33,724 bases of DNA from a virus (lineage: Duplodnaviria > Heunggongvirae > Uroviricota > Caudoviricetes). Positions 18,484 through 27,684 of the stretch are shown piece by piece. Under the pieces are notes generated by a model. The model was not told the DNA's origin. It saw only the letters and a program-made list of their open reading frames with translations, and ran no database searches. Each line of letters opens with the position of its first letter. The first letter of the stretch is position 1. Both the position numbers and the translations under genes were made by a program. Location: IMG/VR virus record IMGVR_UViG_2531839144_000010; one strand, written 5' to 3'.

Positions 18484-19119
18484 ATGAACACTCTCGCAAA
18501 TATTCAGGAACTCGCGCGCGCACTGCGCAACATGATTCGCACCGGCATTATCGTCGAAACCGACCTTAACGCCGGTCGCTGCCGTGTGCAGACCGGCGGC
18601 ATGTGCACCGACTGGCTTCAGTGGCTGACCCATCGCGCCGGTCGTTCGCGCACATGGTGGGCACCTTCCGTGGGGGAACAGGTGCTGATTCTGGCCGTGG
18701 GCGGTGAACTCGACACTGCGTTCGTTCTGCCGGGGATTTATTCCGGCGATAACCCCGCGCCGTCTGCGTCGGCGGATGCCCTGCATATCCGTTTCCCTGA
18801 CGGGGCGGTGATTGAGTATGAACCTGAAACCAGCGCACTCACGGTAAGCGGAATTAAAACAGCCAGCGTGACGGCTTCTGATTCTGTTACTGCCACGGTG
18901 CCGGTGGTCATGGTGAAAGCATCAACCCGCGTCACCCTGGACACACCGGAGGTGGTCTGCACCAACAGGCTGATTACCGGCACGCTGGAAGTGCAGAAGG
19001 GCGGGACGATGCGCGGCAACATTGAACACACCGGCGGTGAACTCTCATCAAACGGTAAGGTACTGCACACCCATAAACACCCCGGCGACAGCGGCGGCAC
19101 AACCGGGAGTCCTCTATGA
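18484..19119 (+). CDS. V: Baseplate spike protein V, 211 aa
   Basis: Size and position match P2 V. Confidence 0.8.
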   Translation: MNTLANIQELARALRNMIRTGIIVETDLNAGRCRVQTGGMCTDWLQWLTHRAGRSRTWWAPSVGEQVLILAVGGELDTAFVLPGIYSGDNPAPSASADALHIRFPDGAVIEYEPETSALTVSGIKTASVTASDSVTATVPVVMVKASTRVTLDTPEVVCTNRLITGTLEVQKGGTMRGNIEHTGGELSSNGKVLHTHKHPGDSGGTTGSPL

Positions 19120-19463
19120 CAGCGCGTTATCTCGGAATGAATCGCAGTGATGGCCTGACGGTCACTGACCTCGAGCATATCAGCCAGAGTATCGGCGATA
19201 TCCTGCGCACACCAGTCGGCTCACGGGTGATGCGTCGTGATTACGGCTCGTTGCTGGCGTCAATGATTGACCAGCCGCAGACCCCGGCGCTTGAGTTGCA
19301 GATTAAGGTCGCCTGTTACATGGCGGTGCTGAAATGGGAACCCCGCGTCACCCTGTCATCCGTCACCACGGCGCGCAGTTTTGACGGGCGAATGACGGTC
19401 ACGTTAACCGGCCAGCACAACGACACCGGCCAGCCACTTTCGTTAACCATCCCTGTGAGTTGA
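19116..19463 (+). CDS. W: Baseplate wedge protein W (gp25-like), 115 aa
   Basis: Size and position match P2 W. Confidence 0.8.
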   Translation: MTARYLGMNRSDGLTVTDLEHISQSIGDILRTPVGSRVMRRDYGSLLASMIDQPQTPALELQIKVACYMAVLKWEPRVTLSSVTTARSFDGRMTVTLTGQHNDTGQPLSLTIPVS

Positions 19464-19467
19464 AACC

Positions 19468-20376
19468 ATGCCGATTATCGACCTGAACCAGCTACCCGCA
19501 CCGGATGTGGTCGAGGAGCTGGACTTTGAAACCATTCTTGCCGAACGCAAGGCGACACTGATTTCCCTTTACCCGGAAGACCAGCAGGAGGCGGTCGCCC
19601 GTACCCTGACGCTGGAATCCGAGCCTCTCGTCAAACTGCTGGAGGAAAATGCTTATCGTGAGCTTATCTGGCGTCAGCGTGTGAATGAGGCCGCACGGGC
19701 GGTAATGCTGGCCTGTGCCGCCGGTAATGACCTTGATGTGATTGGTGCCAATTACAACACCACGCGCCTGATTATCACCCCGGCAGATGATTCGACCCTC
19801 CCGCCGACACCGGCAGTGATGGAATCTGACACGGATTATCGTCTGCGTATTCAGCAGGCGTTTGAAGGTTTAAGCGTCGCCGGGTCGGTGGGGGCCTATC
19901 AGTATCATGGTCGCAGTGCCGACGGGCGTGTCGCGGATATTTCTGTAACCAGTCCGTCTCCGGCCTGCGTCACCATCTCTGTGCTGTCACGTGAAAATAA
20001 CGGTGTCGCATCCGAAGACCTGCTGGCGGTGGTGCGTAACGCCCTTAATGGCGAGGACGTCAGGCCGGTGGCCGACCGCGTGACCGTGCAGTCTGCCGCC
20101 ATCGTTGAATACCAGATAAACGCCACGCTTTACCTTTACCCTGGTCCCGAAAGCGAACCCATACGCGCTGCTGCCGTGAAAAAACTGGAAGCGTACATCA
20201 CGGCACAGCACCGGCTGGGGCGTGACATCCGTCTGTCTGCCATTTATGCCGCTTTGCATGTGGAAGGCGTGCAGCGTGTCGAACTGACTGCACCGCTGGC
20301 CGACATCGTGCTCAACAGTATGCAGGCGTCTTTCTGTACCGAATACCGCGTCGTGACCGGAGGCTCGGATGAGTGA
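19468..20376 (+). CDS. J: Baseplate protein J, 302 aa
   Basis: Size and position match P2 J. Confidence 0.8.
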   Translation: MPIIDLNQLPAPDVVEELDFETILAERKATLISLYPEDQQEAVARTLTLESEPLVKLLEENAYRELIWRQRVNEAARAVMLACAAGNDLDVIGANYNTTRLIITPADDSTLPPTPAVMESDTDYRLRIQQAFEGLSVAGSVGAYQYHGRSADGRVADISVTSPSPACVTISVLSRENNGVASEDLLAVVRNALNGEDVRPVADRVTVQSAAIVEYQINATLYLYPGPESEPIRAAAVKKLEAYITAQHRLGRDIRLSAIYAALHVEGVQRVELTAPLADIVLNSMQASFCTEYRVVTGGSDE

Positions 20377-20899
20377 TTCGCGACTGCTGCCGACCGGCTC
20401 ATCACCGCTTGAAATTGCTGCCGCAAAAGCCTGTGCGGAAATTGAAAAAACGCCGGTCAGGATTCGTGAACTGTGGAACCCGGATACCTGTCCGGCAAAT
20501 CTGCTGCCGTGGCTGGCGTGGGCGTTTTCGGTCGACAGGTGGGATGAAAAGTGGCCGGAAGCGACAAAACGCGCCGTTATCCGCGATGCCTATTTCATCC
20601 ACTGTCATAAGGGCACTATCGGTGCAATCCGGCGTGTGGTGGAGCCGCTCGGCTATCTCATCAACGTAACGGAGTGGTGGGAAAACAGTGACCCGCCAGG
20701 CACCTTCCGGCTTGATATTGGTGTACTGGAAAGCGGCATCACAGAGGCAATGTATCAGGAAATGGAACGGCTGATTGCTGATGCCAAACCTGCAAGCCGC
20801 CACCTTATCGGCCTGAACATTACCCGGGACATTCCCGGCTACCTGTTCGCCGGTGGTGTGGCTTACGACGGCGATGTAATTACGGTTTACCCCGGATAA
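20369..20899 (+). CDS. I: Baseplate protein I, 176 aa
   Basis: Size and position match P2 I. Confidence 0.8.
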   Translation: MSDSRLLPTGSSPLEIAAAKACAEIEKTPVRIRELWNPDTCPANLLPWLAWAFSVDRWDEKWPEATKRAVIRDAYFIHCHKGTIGAIRRVVEPLGYLINVTEWWENSDPPGTFRLDIGVLESGITEAMYQEMERLIADAKPASRHLIGLNITRDIPGYLFAGGVAYDGDVITVYPG

Positions 20900-20909
20900 G
20901 TGAGGAATA

Positions 20910-23228
20910 ATGAGCACAAAATTCAGAACCGTTATCACCACTGCCGGTGCAGCAAAGCTGGCAGCGGCAACCGCACCGGGAGGGCGGAAGGTCAACATTA
21001 CCACGATGGCCGTCGGGGATGGCGGTGGTAAATTGCCTGTCCCGGATGCCGGACAGACCGGGCTTATCCACGAAGTCTGGCGACATACGCTGAACAAAAT
21101 CAGCCAGGACAAACGAAACAGTAATTATATTATCGCAGAGCTGGTTATTCCGCCGGAGGTGGGCGGTTTCTGGATGCGTGAGCTTGGCCTGTACGATGAT
21201 GCGGGAACGTTAATTGCCGTGGCGAACATGGCCGAAAGTTATAAGCCAGCTCTTGCCGAAGGCTCAGGGCGTTCGCAGACCTGTCGCATGGTCATCATCG
21301 TCAGCAGTGTGGCCTCGGTGGAGCTGACCATTGACACCACAACGGTGATGGCGACACAGGATTACGTTGATGACAAAATTGCAGAGCACGAACAGTCACG
21401 ACGTCACCCGGACGCCTCGCTGACCGCAAAAGGTTTTACTCAGTTAAGCAGTGCGACCAACAGCACGTCTGAAACACTGGCCGCAACGCCGAAAGCGGTA
21501 AAGGCCGCCTATGACCTTGCTAACGGGAAATATACCGCACAGGACGCTACCACAGCGCGAAAAGGTCTTGTCCAGCTCAGTAGTGCCACCAACAGCACGT
21601 CTGAAACGCTTGCGGCAACGCCAAAGGCGGTTAAGACAGCGTATGACCTTGCTAACGGGAAATACACTGCACAGGACGCCACTACAGCGCGAAAAGGTCT
21701 TGTCCAGCTCAGTAGCGCCACCAACAGCGATTCTGAAACGCTTGCGGCAACACCAAAGGCGGTTAAGACAGCGTATGACCTTGCTAACGGGAAATACACT
21801 GCACAGGATGCCACCACGGCGCGAAAAGGTCTTGTCCAGCTCAGTAGCGCCACCAACAGTGATTCTGAAACCCTCGCGGCAACGCCAAAAGCAGTGAAGT
21901 CTGCCTATGACAATGCTGAAAAACGTCTTCAGAAAGATCAGAACGGTGCGGATATTCCGGGAAAGGATACCTTCACGAAAAATATCGGTGCCTGTCGTGC
22001 TTATAGCGGCGCTTTGAGCACTGAAGCCGGAAACTGGACAACCGCTCAGTTTATTGAATGGCTGGATTCCCGTGGTGCATTTAATCATCCGTACTGGATG
22101 TGCAAAGGCTCCTGGTCATATGCAAATAACAAAATCATTACGGATACCGGATGTGGTGATATCCACCTGGCTGGTTGTGTCGTCGAGGTCATGGGAACTA
22201 AATCTGCAATCACTATCCGAGTGACCACGCCGACAACATCAAGTGGTGGCGGTACAACCAGCGCGCAATTCACTTACATTAATCATGGGGACGGCTACTC
22301 CCCCGGCTGGCGTCGTGACTGGAATCGTCAGGGCGACTCAATGACCGGAACGATTAATCAGGATGGCGGAAGCCAGAATGCCTATATGTCTACGGCCTTA
22401 TGTTCAGGCACCAGAGGCGGCAAAAAATATCTCAGAAAGTTTCGTGGTGGAGAAGGAGACACTATCTGGCATGAAACAGTACAGGGCGGGGTAGTTCGCT
22501 GGGCGACTGGTAATACTGATGCTCAGGAAGAATTATCACTCAGCTCCGCTTATGGTCTCCGTTCAAGAGGTGAGATTACATCAAGCAGTGCTAATGGTCT
22601 GCGCATTGCTTATGGCAATTATGGATTCTTTATCAGGAATGATGGCAGCAGCACTTATTTTATGTTGACTAAATCAGGTGACAGATTAGGCACTTATAAT
22701 AATTTAAGACCACTGATTATAAATGATGCCACGGGTGCTGTATCAATGGGGCATGGCCTGAGTGTTACTGGTGAAATTGCCTCAAGTACCAAAGTACGTG
22801 CCGGTAGCGGGAAAAAATTCACGGTCAGCAGCAGTAATACATCCACGAAGGAAGCCGCATTCAATTTGTGGGGAAACTCAAGTCGTCCTGTGGTGGCTGA
22901 ATTAGGTGATGATGCAGGCTGGCATTTTTACAGTCAGAGAAATACAGATAACAGCATCACTTTTGCTGTTAACGGGCAGGTATCACCATCTAACTATAGT
23001 AATTTTGATTCACGCTATGTCCGGGATATCCGGCTTGGTGGTGCTGCCACATACAAACCTGCGAACAATGGCATGACATGGACACATCAGGCACCGTCCG
23101 GGTGTGTATATTCCGGCATTATTGTTCAGGATACCGGCTCAAACTCTGCCGATAACATTGGTGGCGTATATTACAGACCGATTCAGAAATACATTAACGG
23201 GATATGGTATAACGTGGCGCAGGTATAA
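20910..23228 (+). CDS. H: Tail fibre protein H, 772 aa, with internal tandem repeats
   Basis: Conserved N-terminal baseplate-attachment region, then about 3.7 copies of a 44-aa fibre repeat, then a variable C-terminal receptor-binding part. Confidence 0.85.
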   Translation: MSTKFRTVITTAGAAKLAAATAPGGRKVNITTMAVGDGGGKLPVPDAGQTGLIHEVWRHTLNKISQDKRNSNYIIAELVIPPEVGGFWMRELGLYDDAGTLIAVANMAESYKPALAEGSGRSQTCRMVIIVSSVASVELTIDTTTVMATQDYVDDKIAEHEQSRRHPDASLTAKGFTQLSSATNSTSETLAATPKAVKAAYDLANGKYTAQDATTARKGLVQLSSATNSTSETLAATPKAVKTAYDLANGKYTAQDATTARKGLVQLSSATNSDSETLAATPKAVKTAYDLANGKYTAQDATTARKGLVQLSSATNSDSETLAATPKAVKSAYDNAEKRLQKDQNGADIPGKDTFTKNIGACRAYSGALSTEAGNWTTAQFIEWLDSRGAFNHPYWMCKGSWSYANNKIITDTGCGDIHLAGCVVEVMGTKSAITIRVTTPTTSSGGGTTSAQFTYINHGDGYSPGWRRDWNRQGDSMTGTINQDGGSQNAYMSTALCSGTRGGKKYLRKFRGGEGDTIWHETVQGGVVRWATGNTDAQEELSLSSAYGLRSRGEITSSSANGLRIAYGNYGFFIRNDGSSTYFMLTKSGDRLGTYNNLRPLIINDATGAVSMGHGLSVTGEIASSTKVRAGSGKKFTVSSSNTSTKEAAFNLWGNSSRPVVAELGDDAGWHFYSQRNTDNSITFAVNGQVSPSNYSNFDSRYVRDIRLGGAATYKPANNGMTWTHQAPSGCVYSGIIVQDTGSNSADNIGGVYYRPIQKYINGIWYNVAQV
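21429..21915 (+). repeat. In-frame 132-bp tandem repeat array inside H (units start at 21429, 21561, 21693, 21825)
   Basis: Direct repeats read from the sequence; each encodes KGLVQLSSATNS(T/D)SETLAATPKAVK(T/A)AYDLANGKYTAQDATTAR. Confidence 0.9.
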
Positions 23229-23231
23229 TTT

Positions 23232-23759
23232 ATGCAGCATTTGATAAATATAACGGCAGGTAATCCAAAAACGGTTGAACAATATCAATTGACAAAGGAC
23301 TTTGATGTTGTCTGGTTTTTTTCAGAAGATGGTAAGAACTGGTACGAAGAACAAAAGTATTTTGCTGATGACACGATAAAAATAGCGTACGACAAAGATA
23401 ATATCATCCGCTATGTGGAAAAGGATGTGACAGCTATCAGACCGGATGGATTAAGTGTGGTTGAAGTGGCGGATATTACTGCTAACCGACGGGCGGATAT
23501 TTCAGGGGGCTGGATGTTTAAGGACGGCAAAGTGATTAAACGCATTTATACGACAGAGGAATTACAGCAGCAGGCAGAAATTCGGAAAGCCAGACTTCTT
23601 GCAGATGCTGAATCCGTGATTTTGCCGCTGGAGCGCGCGGTCAGACTGAACATGGCAACAGGTGAGGAGCGTAGCCGACTGGAAGCATGGGAACGCTACA
23701 GCGTTCTGGTCAGTCGTGTGGATCCTGCAAATCCTGAATGGCCGGAAATGCCGCAATAA
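23232..23759 (+). CDS. G: Tail fibre assembly chaperone G, 175 aa
   Basis: Size and position match P2 G; directly follows H. Confidence 0.8.
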   Translation: MQHLINITAGNPKTVEQYQLTKDFDVVWFFSEDGKNWYEEQKYFADDTIKIAYDKDNIIRYVEKDVTAIRPDGLSVVEVADITANRRADISGGWMFKDGKVIKRIYTTEELQQQAEIRKARLLADAESVILPLERAVRLNMATGEERSRLEAWERYSVLVSRVDPANPEWPEMPQ

Positions 23760-24123
23760 GTTGTATGAGCTCTGGTGTGAGCTTACATATCTATGGCACA
23801 GAGTAAAGCCTAATCTGACAGTTCGCTCTGTGCCAGAAACAGACGTCACTTATATATTTCTTTATTAATCAATGAGGAAAGATTCAATTCTCTATAATGG
23901 AGGTTGCGTCCACTGTTTTCTCTAAGCAGACCAAGTTCCCTTAACGAAAAATTTAGTGTCAGAAAATAATATTGACAAAGAGGCAATGTTATATAGTATT
24001 AGTTTGATAACTAAAAATATAAGCCTGATTATCTCAAGCTTATATAGGTGATAAAGTTTCTAACTTAATTTGATTATAGAAGATACATTTCTTAATTATG
24101 ACGCATTGATAATGGATTCAACT

Positions 24124-25149
24124 TCATTCAATAATGTCTGGTAGAACATTAAATCCAGTTGGTCGAAAAAAGGATAATCTTTGCTGATGAGAAACTAAAT
24201 CTATCTTCACAATGTGATGATGGTTTTTTTTGATTTTTCTAGAGTACAATGAGTAAAAAAGATTTTCTGTGTTAATTTCCACAATGATTCCAGACATATC
24301 TAAGTCATAGCATTTTGCTAACGCTTTCAATTTTGGTGATATTTTGCTCTCTTTAAACTTTTCATTATATTCCGGTTGAAAATATCTTATCAAAGCGGCT
24401 TCGATTATATTAATGGCTTGATTTTTGTTTGGGTGATTTTTTAATGCAAACTTAAATCGCTTGTCATCGCTATCCGTATCATCAATTAATCCAGACCTCC
24501 CATCTAGAGATGAGAATACTTGTTCATGCTCAAAGGCATACATAAAAAGCATGATCTCTTGATCTGGCTTGTTATAAAGCGTTTGCGCCAATATTTTTTG
24601 TAATTTTGAATGACTCCTTAAACGTTCAACTGCATTCCTGCTACCATTTTTACCTACGGCTTGTCCAATATAAAGAACTTCATATGAGGACAGATCTGAA
24701 TAGTAACCTAATTTGCTTGAATATAAGGTGGCAATGAAAGATGCAGAGATGTAAGTTACCTCCTCCCCTTCATTATTTATACTAATAACTTCTCTGAATG
24801 GATAGTTACATATTACATTAGTTGCATCGTCTTCTAATATCCAGTTGTATTCAAAATGGAACTTGCTTTCTTTACCATCTATTTTGTACCCTATCTCTCC
24901 TGAGAGAATGTTTTTCTCATGATTAATTGTATTATCAATAAAATAAAAGCTTGGGCGAGCGCATATAAAGTATATATGGCATTTTGAAAGTTGTTTTTCT
25001 TGTTCTAAATTAATTTTTGCATCAGACGTTAGTTGCTGAGCAGTAAGCATCGCTGTAAAACTATTTAAGTATCCAAAAGCAAATTCGTGTATGAATTTTC
25101 TTTTCACTCGAAATATCCTCACTAGAAATGAATAATATTGGTTTTTCAT
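24124..25149 (-). CDS. AT-rich cargo protein at the Z/fun position, 341 aa, unknown function
   Basis: Sole ORF in the AT-rich 1.7-kb island between G and FI, opposite in orientation to the late operons; contains G-Y-Y (148-150), Y-I-G (160-162), R176 and E207/E209 in GIY-YIG-like spacing. Start codon uncertain (weak ribosome-binding site; next Met at residue 34). Confidence 0.6.
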   Translation of the reverse strand: MKNQYYSFLVRIFRVKRKFIHEFAFGYLNSFTAMLTAQQLTSDAKINLEQEKQLSKCHIYFICARPSFYFIDNTINHEKNILSGEIGYKIDGKESKFHFEYNWILEDDATNVICNYPFREVISINNEGEEVTYISASFIATLYSSKLGYYSDLSSYEVLYIGQAVGKNGSRNAVERLRSHSKLQKILAQTLYNKPDQEIMLFMYAFEHEQVFSSLDGRSGLIDDTDSDDKRFKFALKNHPNKNQAINIIEAALIRYFQPEYNEKFKESKISPKLKALAKCYDLDMSGIIVEINTENLFYSLYSRKIKKNHHHIVKIDLVSHQQRLSFFRPTGFNVLPDIIE

Positions 25150-25478
25150 GATAATACTCTATTGATCCTAGACTTACCATTTAAAAAACGAACTGACATG
25201 CTCCCGTTGATTAATAAGCTGTAAGGTTAGCAATTCTTTTGGCGTTGAGAACAACTGCGAACTTCCGTTCCTTGCTCAAAGCAGACTGTCAGATTTGATA
25301 GCGTTTGGGCTATGTAAGTAGCCAGTTGGAGAATGAGTGAGTGCAAATCAGGACTAACGGGCGAATTGCCCGCATTTTCTTTATCTGTTGTTTCATCCAC
25401 TGACCAGCCAGGTCAAATAGCGTCTCATGCACTGCCCAACAGAAAATAGTTGCACCCATTAACCACGGAGTTAAACGG

Positions 25479-26669
25479 ATGAGTGACTATCATCACGGCG
25501 TGCAGGTGCTGGAGATTAACGACGGCACCCGCGTCATTTCCACCGTATCCACGGCCATTGTCGGCATGGTCTGTACGGCCAGCGATGCGGATGCCGAAAC
25601 CTTCCCCCTCAATAAACCGGTACTGATTACCAATGTGCAGAGCGCAATTGCAAAGGCCGGTAAAAAAGGTACCCTGGCGGCGTCGTTGCAGGCCATCGCC
25701 GACCAGTCAAAACCGGTCACCGTTGTCGTGCGCGTGGAAGACGGCACCGGCGAAGACGAAGAAACGAAACTCGCGCAGACCGTTTCCAATATCATCGGCA
25801 CCACCGACGAAAACGGTCAGTACACCGGACTGAAAGCCCTGCTGGCGGCGGAGTCGGTAACCGGTGTTAAACCACGTATTCTCGGCGTACCGGGACTGGA
25901 CACCAAAGAGGTGGCTGTTGCACTGGCATCAGTCTGTCAGAAGCTGCGCGCTTTCGGGTATATCAGTGCATGGGGCTGTAAAACCATTTCCGAGGTGAAA
26001 GCTTACCGCCAGAATTTCAGCCAGCGTGAGCTGATGGTCATCTGGCCGGATTTCCTCGCATGGGATACGGTCACCAGTACCACCGCCACCGCGTATGCCA
26101 CCGCCCGTGCGCTGGGTCTGCGTGCCAAAATCGACCAGGAGCAGGGCTGGCATAAAACGCTGTCCAACGTCGGGGTGAACGGTGTTACCGGCATCAGCGC
26201 ATCTGTATTCTGGGATTTGCAGGAGTCCGGCACCGATGCTGACCTGCTTAACGAGTCAGGCGTCACTACGCTGATTCGCCGCGACGGTTTCCGATTCTGG
26301 GGTAACCGTACCTGCTCTGATGACCCGCTGTTCCTCTTTGAAAACTACACCCGCACCGCGCAGGTGCTGGCCGACACGATGGCTGAGGCGCACATGTGGG
26401 CGGTGGACAAGCCCATCACCGCAACGCTGATTCGCGACATCGTTGACGGCATCAATGCCAAATTCCGTGAGCTGAAAACAAACGGCTATATCGTGGATGC
26501 GACCTGCTGGTTCAGCGAAGAATCCAACGATGCGGAAACCCTCAAGGCCGGAAAACTGTATATCGACTACGACTATACACCGGTGCCTCCTCTTGAAAAC
26601 CTGACCCTGCGCCAGCGTATTACCGATAAATACCTGGCAAATCTGGTCACCTCGGTTAACAGCAATTAA
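25479..26669 (+). CDS. FI: Contractile tail sheath protein, 396 aa
   Basis: Size and position match P2 FI. Confidence 0.85.
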   Translation: MSDYHHGVQVLEINDGTRVISTVSTAIVGMVCTASDADAETFPLNKPVLITNVQSAIAKAGKKGTLAASLQAIADQSKPVTVVVRVEDGTGEDEETKLAQTVSNIIGTTDENGQYTGLKALLAAESVTGVKPRILGVPGLDTKEVAVALASVCQKLRAFGYISAWGCKTISEVKAYRQNFSQRELMVIWPDFLAWDTVTSTTATAYATARALGLRAKIDQEQGWHKTLSNVGVNGVTGISASVFWDLQESGTDADLLNESGVTTLIRRDGFRFWGNRTCSDDPLFLFENYTRTAQVLADTMAEAHMWAVDKPITATLIRDIVDGINAKFRELKTNGYIVDATCWFSEESNDAETLKAGKLYIDYDYTPVPPLENLTLRQRITDKYLANLVTSVNSN

Positions 26670-26681
26670 GGAGCCTGACCG

Positions 26682-27200
26682 ATGGCAATGCCGCGCAAAC
26701 TCAAGTTAATGAACGTCTTTCTGAACGGCTACAGCTATCAGGGCGTTGCAAAGTCCGTCACGCTGCCAAAACTGACCCGTAAGCTCGAAAACTATCGCGG
26801 TGCGGGGATGAACGGCAGCGCACCGGTAGACCTCGGCCTTGATGACGATGCGCTGTCAATGGAGTGGTCGCTCGGTGGTTTCCCGGATTCGGTTATCTGG
26901 GAGCTTTACGCCGCAACCGGCGTGGATGCCGTCCCGATTCGTTTTGCAGGCTCTTACCAGCGTGACGATACCGGCGAAACGGTGGCCGTCGAGGTGGTCA
27001 TGCGTGGACGTCAGAAAGAAATCGACACTGGCGAGGGTAAACAGGGAGAAGACACCGAGTCGAAAATCTCCGTGGTCTGCACCTATTTCCGGCTGACGAT
27101 GGATGGTAAGGAGCTGGTCGAAATCGACACCATCAACATGATTGAGAAGGTGAACGGCGTCGACCGGCTGGAGCAACACCGCCGCAATATCGGCCTGTGA
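26682..27200 (+). CDS. FII: Tail tube protein, 172 aa
   Basis: Size and position match P2 FII. Confidence 0.85.
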   Translation: MAMPRKLKLMNVFLNGYSYQGVAKSVTLPKLTRKLENYRGAGMNGSAPVDLGLDDDALSMEWSLGGFPDSVIWELYAATGVDAVPIRFAGSYQRDDTGETVAVEVVMRGRQKEIDTGEGKQGEDTESKISVVCTYFRLTMDGKELVEIDTINMIEKVNGVDRLEQHRRNIGL

Positions 27201-27256
27201 TTTTCATCCGGTCAGCCTGGCTGACCGGTTAACCCCGATTCAGAAGTGAGAAAACC

Positions 27257-27532
27257 ATGAACAAAGAAAATGTCATTACCCTGGACAATCCGGTCAAGCG
27301 TGGTGAGCAGGTTATCGAACAGGTCACGCTGATGAAACCTAATGCCGGGACGCTGCGCGGTGTCAGTCTGGCTGCGGTCGCAAACTCCGAAGTCGATGCA
27401 CTGATTAAGGTGCTGCCGCGCATGACGGCACCGATGCTGACCGAGCAGGAGGTCGCCGCGCTGGAACTGCCTGACCTTGTGGCGCTGGCCGGTAAGGTGG
27501 TCGGTTTTTTGTCTCCGAACTCGGTGCAGTGA
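27257..27532 (+). CDS. E: Tail assembly chaperone E, 91 aa
   Basis: Short ORF ending just after a T6G slippery run, upstream of the tape measure gene. Confidence 0.75.
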   Translation: MNKENVITLDNPVKRGEQVIEQVTLMKPNAGTLRGVSLAAVANSEVDALIKVLPRMTAPMLTEQEVAALELPDLVALAGKVVGFLSPNSVQ

Positions 27533-27684
27533 CGTTTCCGAAAAATCTGTCGGTCGATGACCTGATGGCAGATGTGGCAGTGATATTTCACTGGCCGCCA
27601 TCAGAACTATATCCCATGAGCCTGACTGAACTCATCACATGGCGCGAAAAGGCGCTCCGGCGAAGCGGAAACACGAATGAGTAA
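27257..27684 (+). CDS. E+E' frameshift product, 142 aa, made by a -1 slip on TTTTTTG (27505-27511)
   Basis: Hand translation of the -1 frame from 27508 gives FVSELGAVTFPKNLSVDDLMADVAVIFHWPPSELYPMSLTELITWREKALRRSGNTNE and a stop at 27682-27684, overlapping the T start; total 142 aa equals P2 E+E'. Confidence 0.7.

Noticed and set aside
21429-21915. Possible CRISPR array, because of regularly spaced direct repeats.
   Set aside because: The repeats are contiguous with no spacers, 132 bp long, in frame within H and encode a fibre motif; not CRISPR architecture.
21444-22088. Opposite-strand and alternate-frame ORFs inside H (21444-22088, 21509-21856, 21511-21897) with internally repetitive proteins.
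   Set aside because: Artefacts of the 132-bp tandem coding repeats in H, which are open in several frames; not independent genes.
23662-23868. 68-aa plus-strand ORF spanning the 3' end of G into the intergenic region, and a 9-bp inverted repeat with a 22-nt loop at 23795-23834.
   Set aside because: The ORF overlaps G out of frame with no ribosome-binding site; the inverted repeat has an unusually long loop and no clear U-tract, so I do not call it a terminator.
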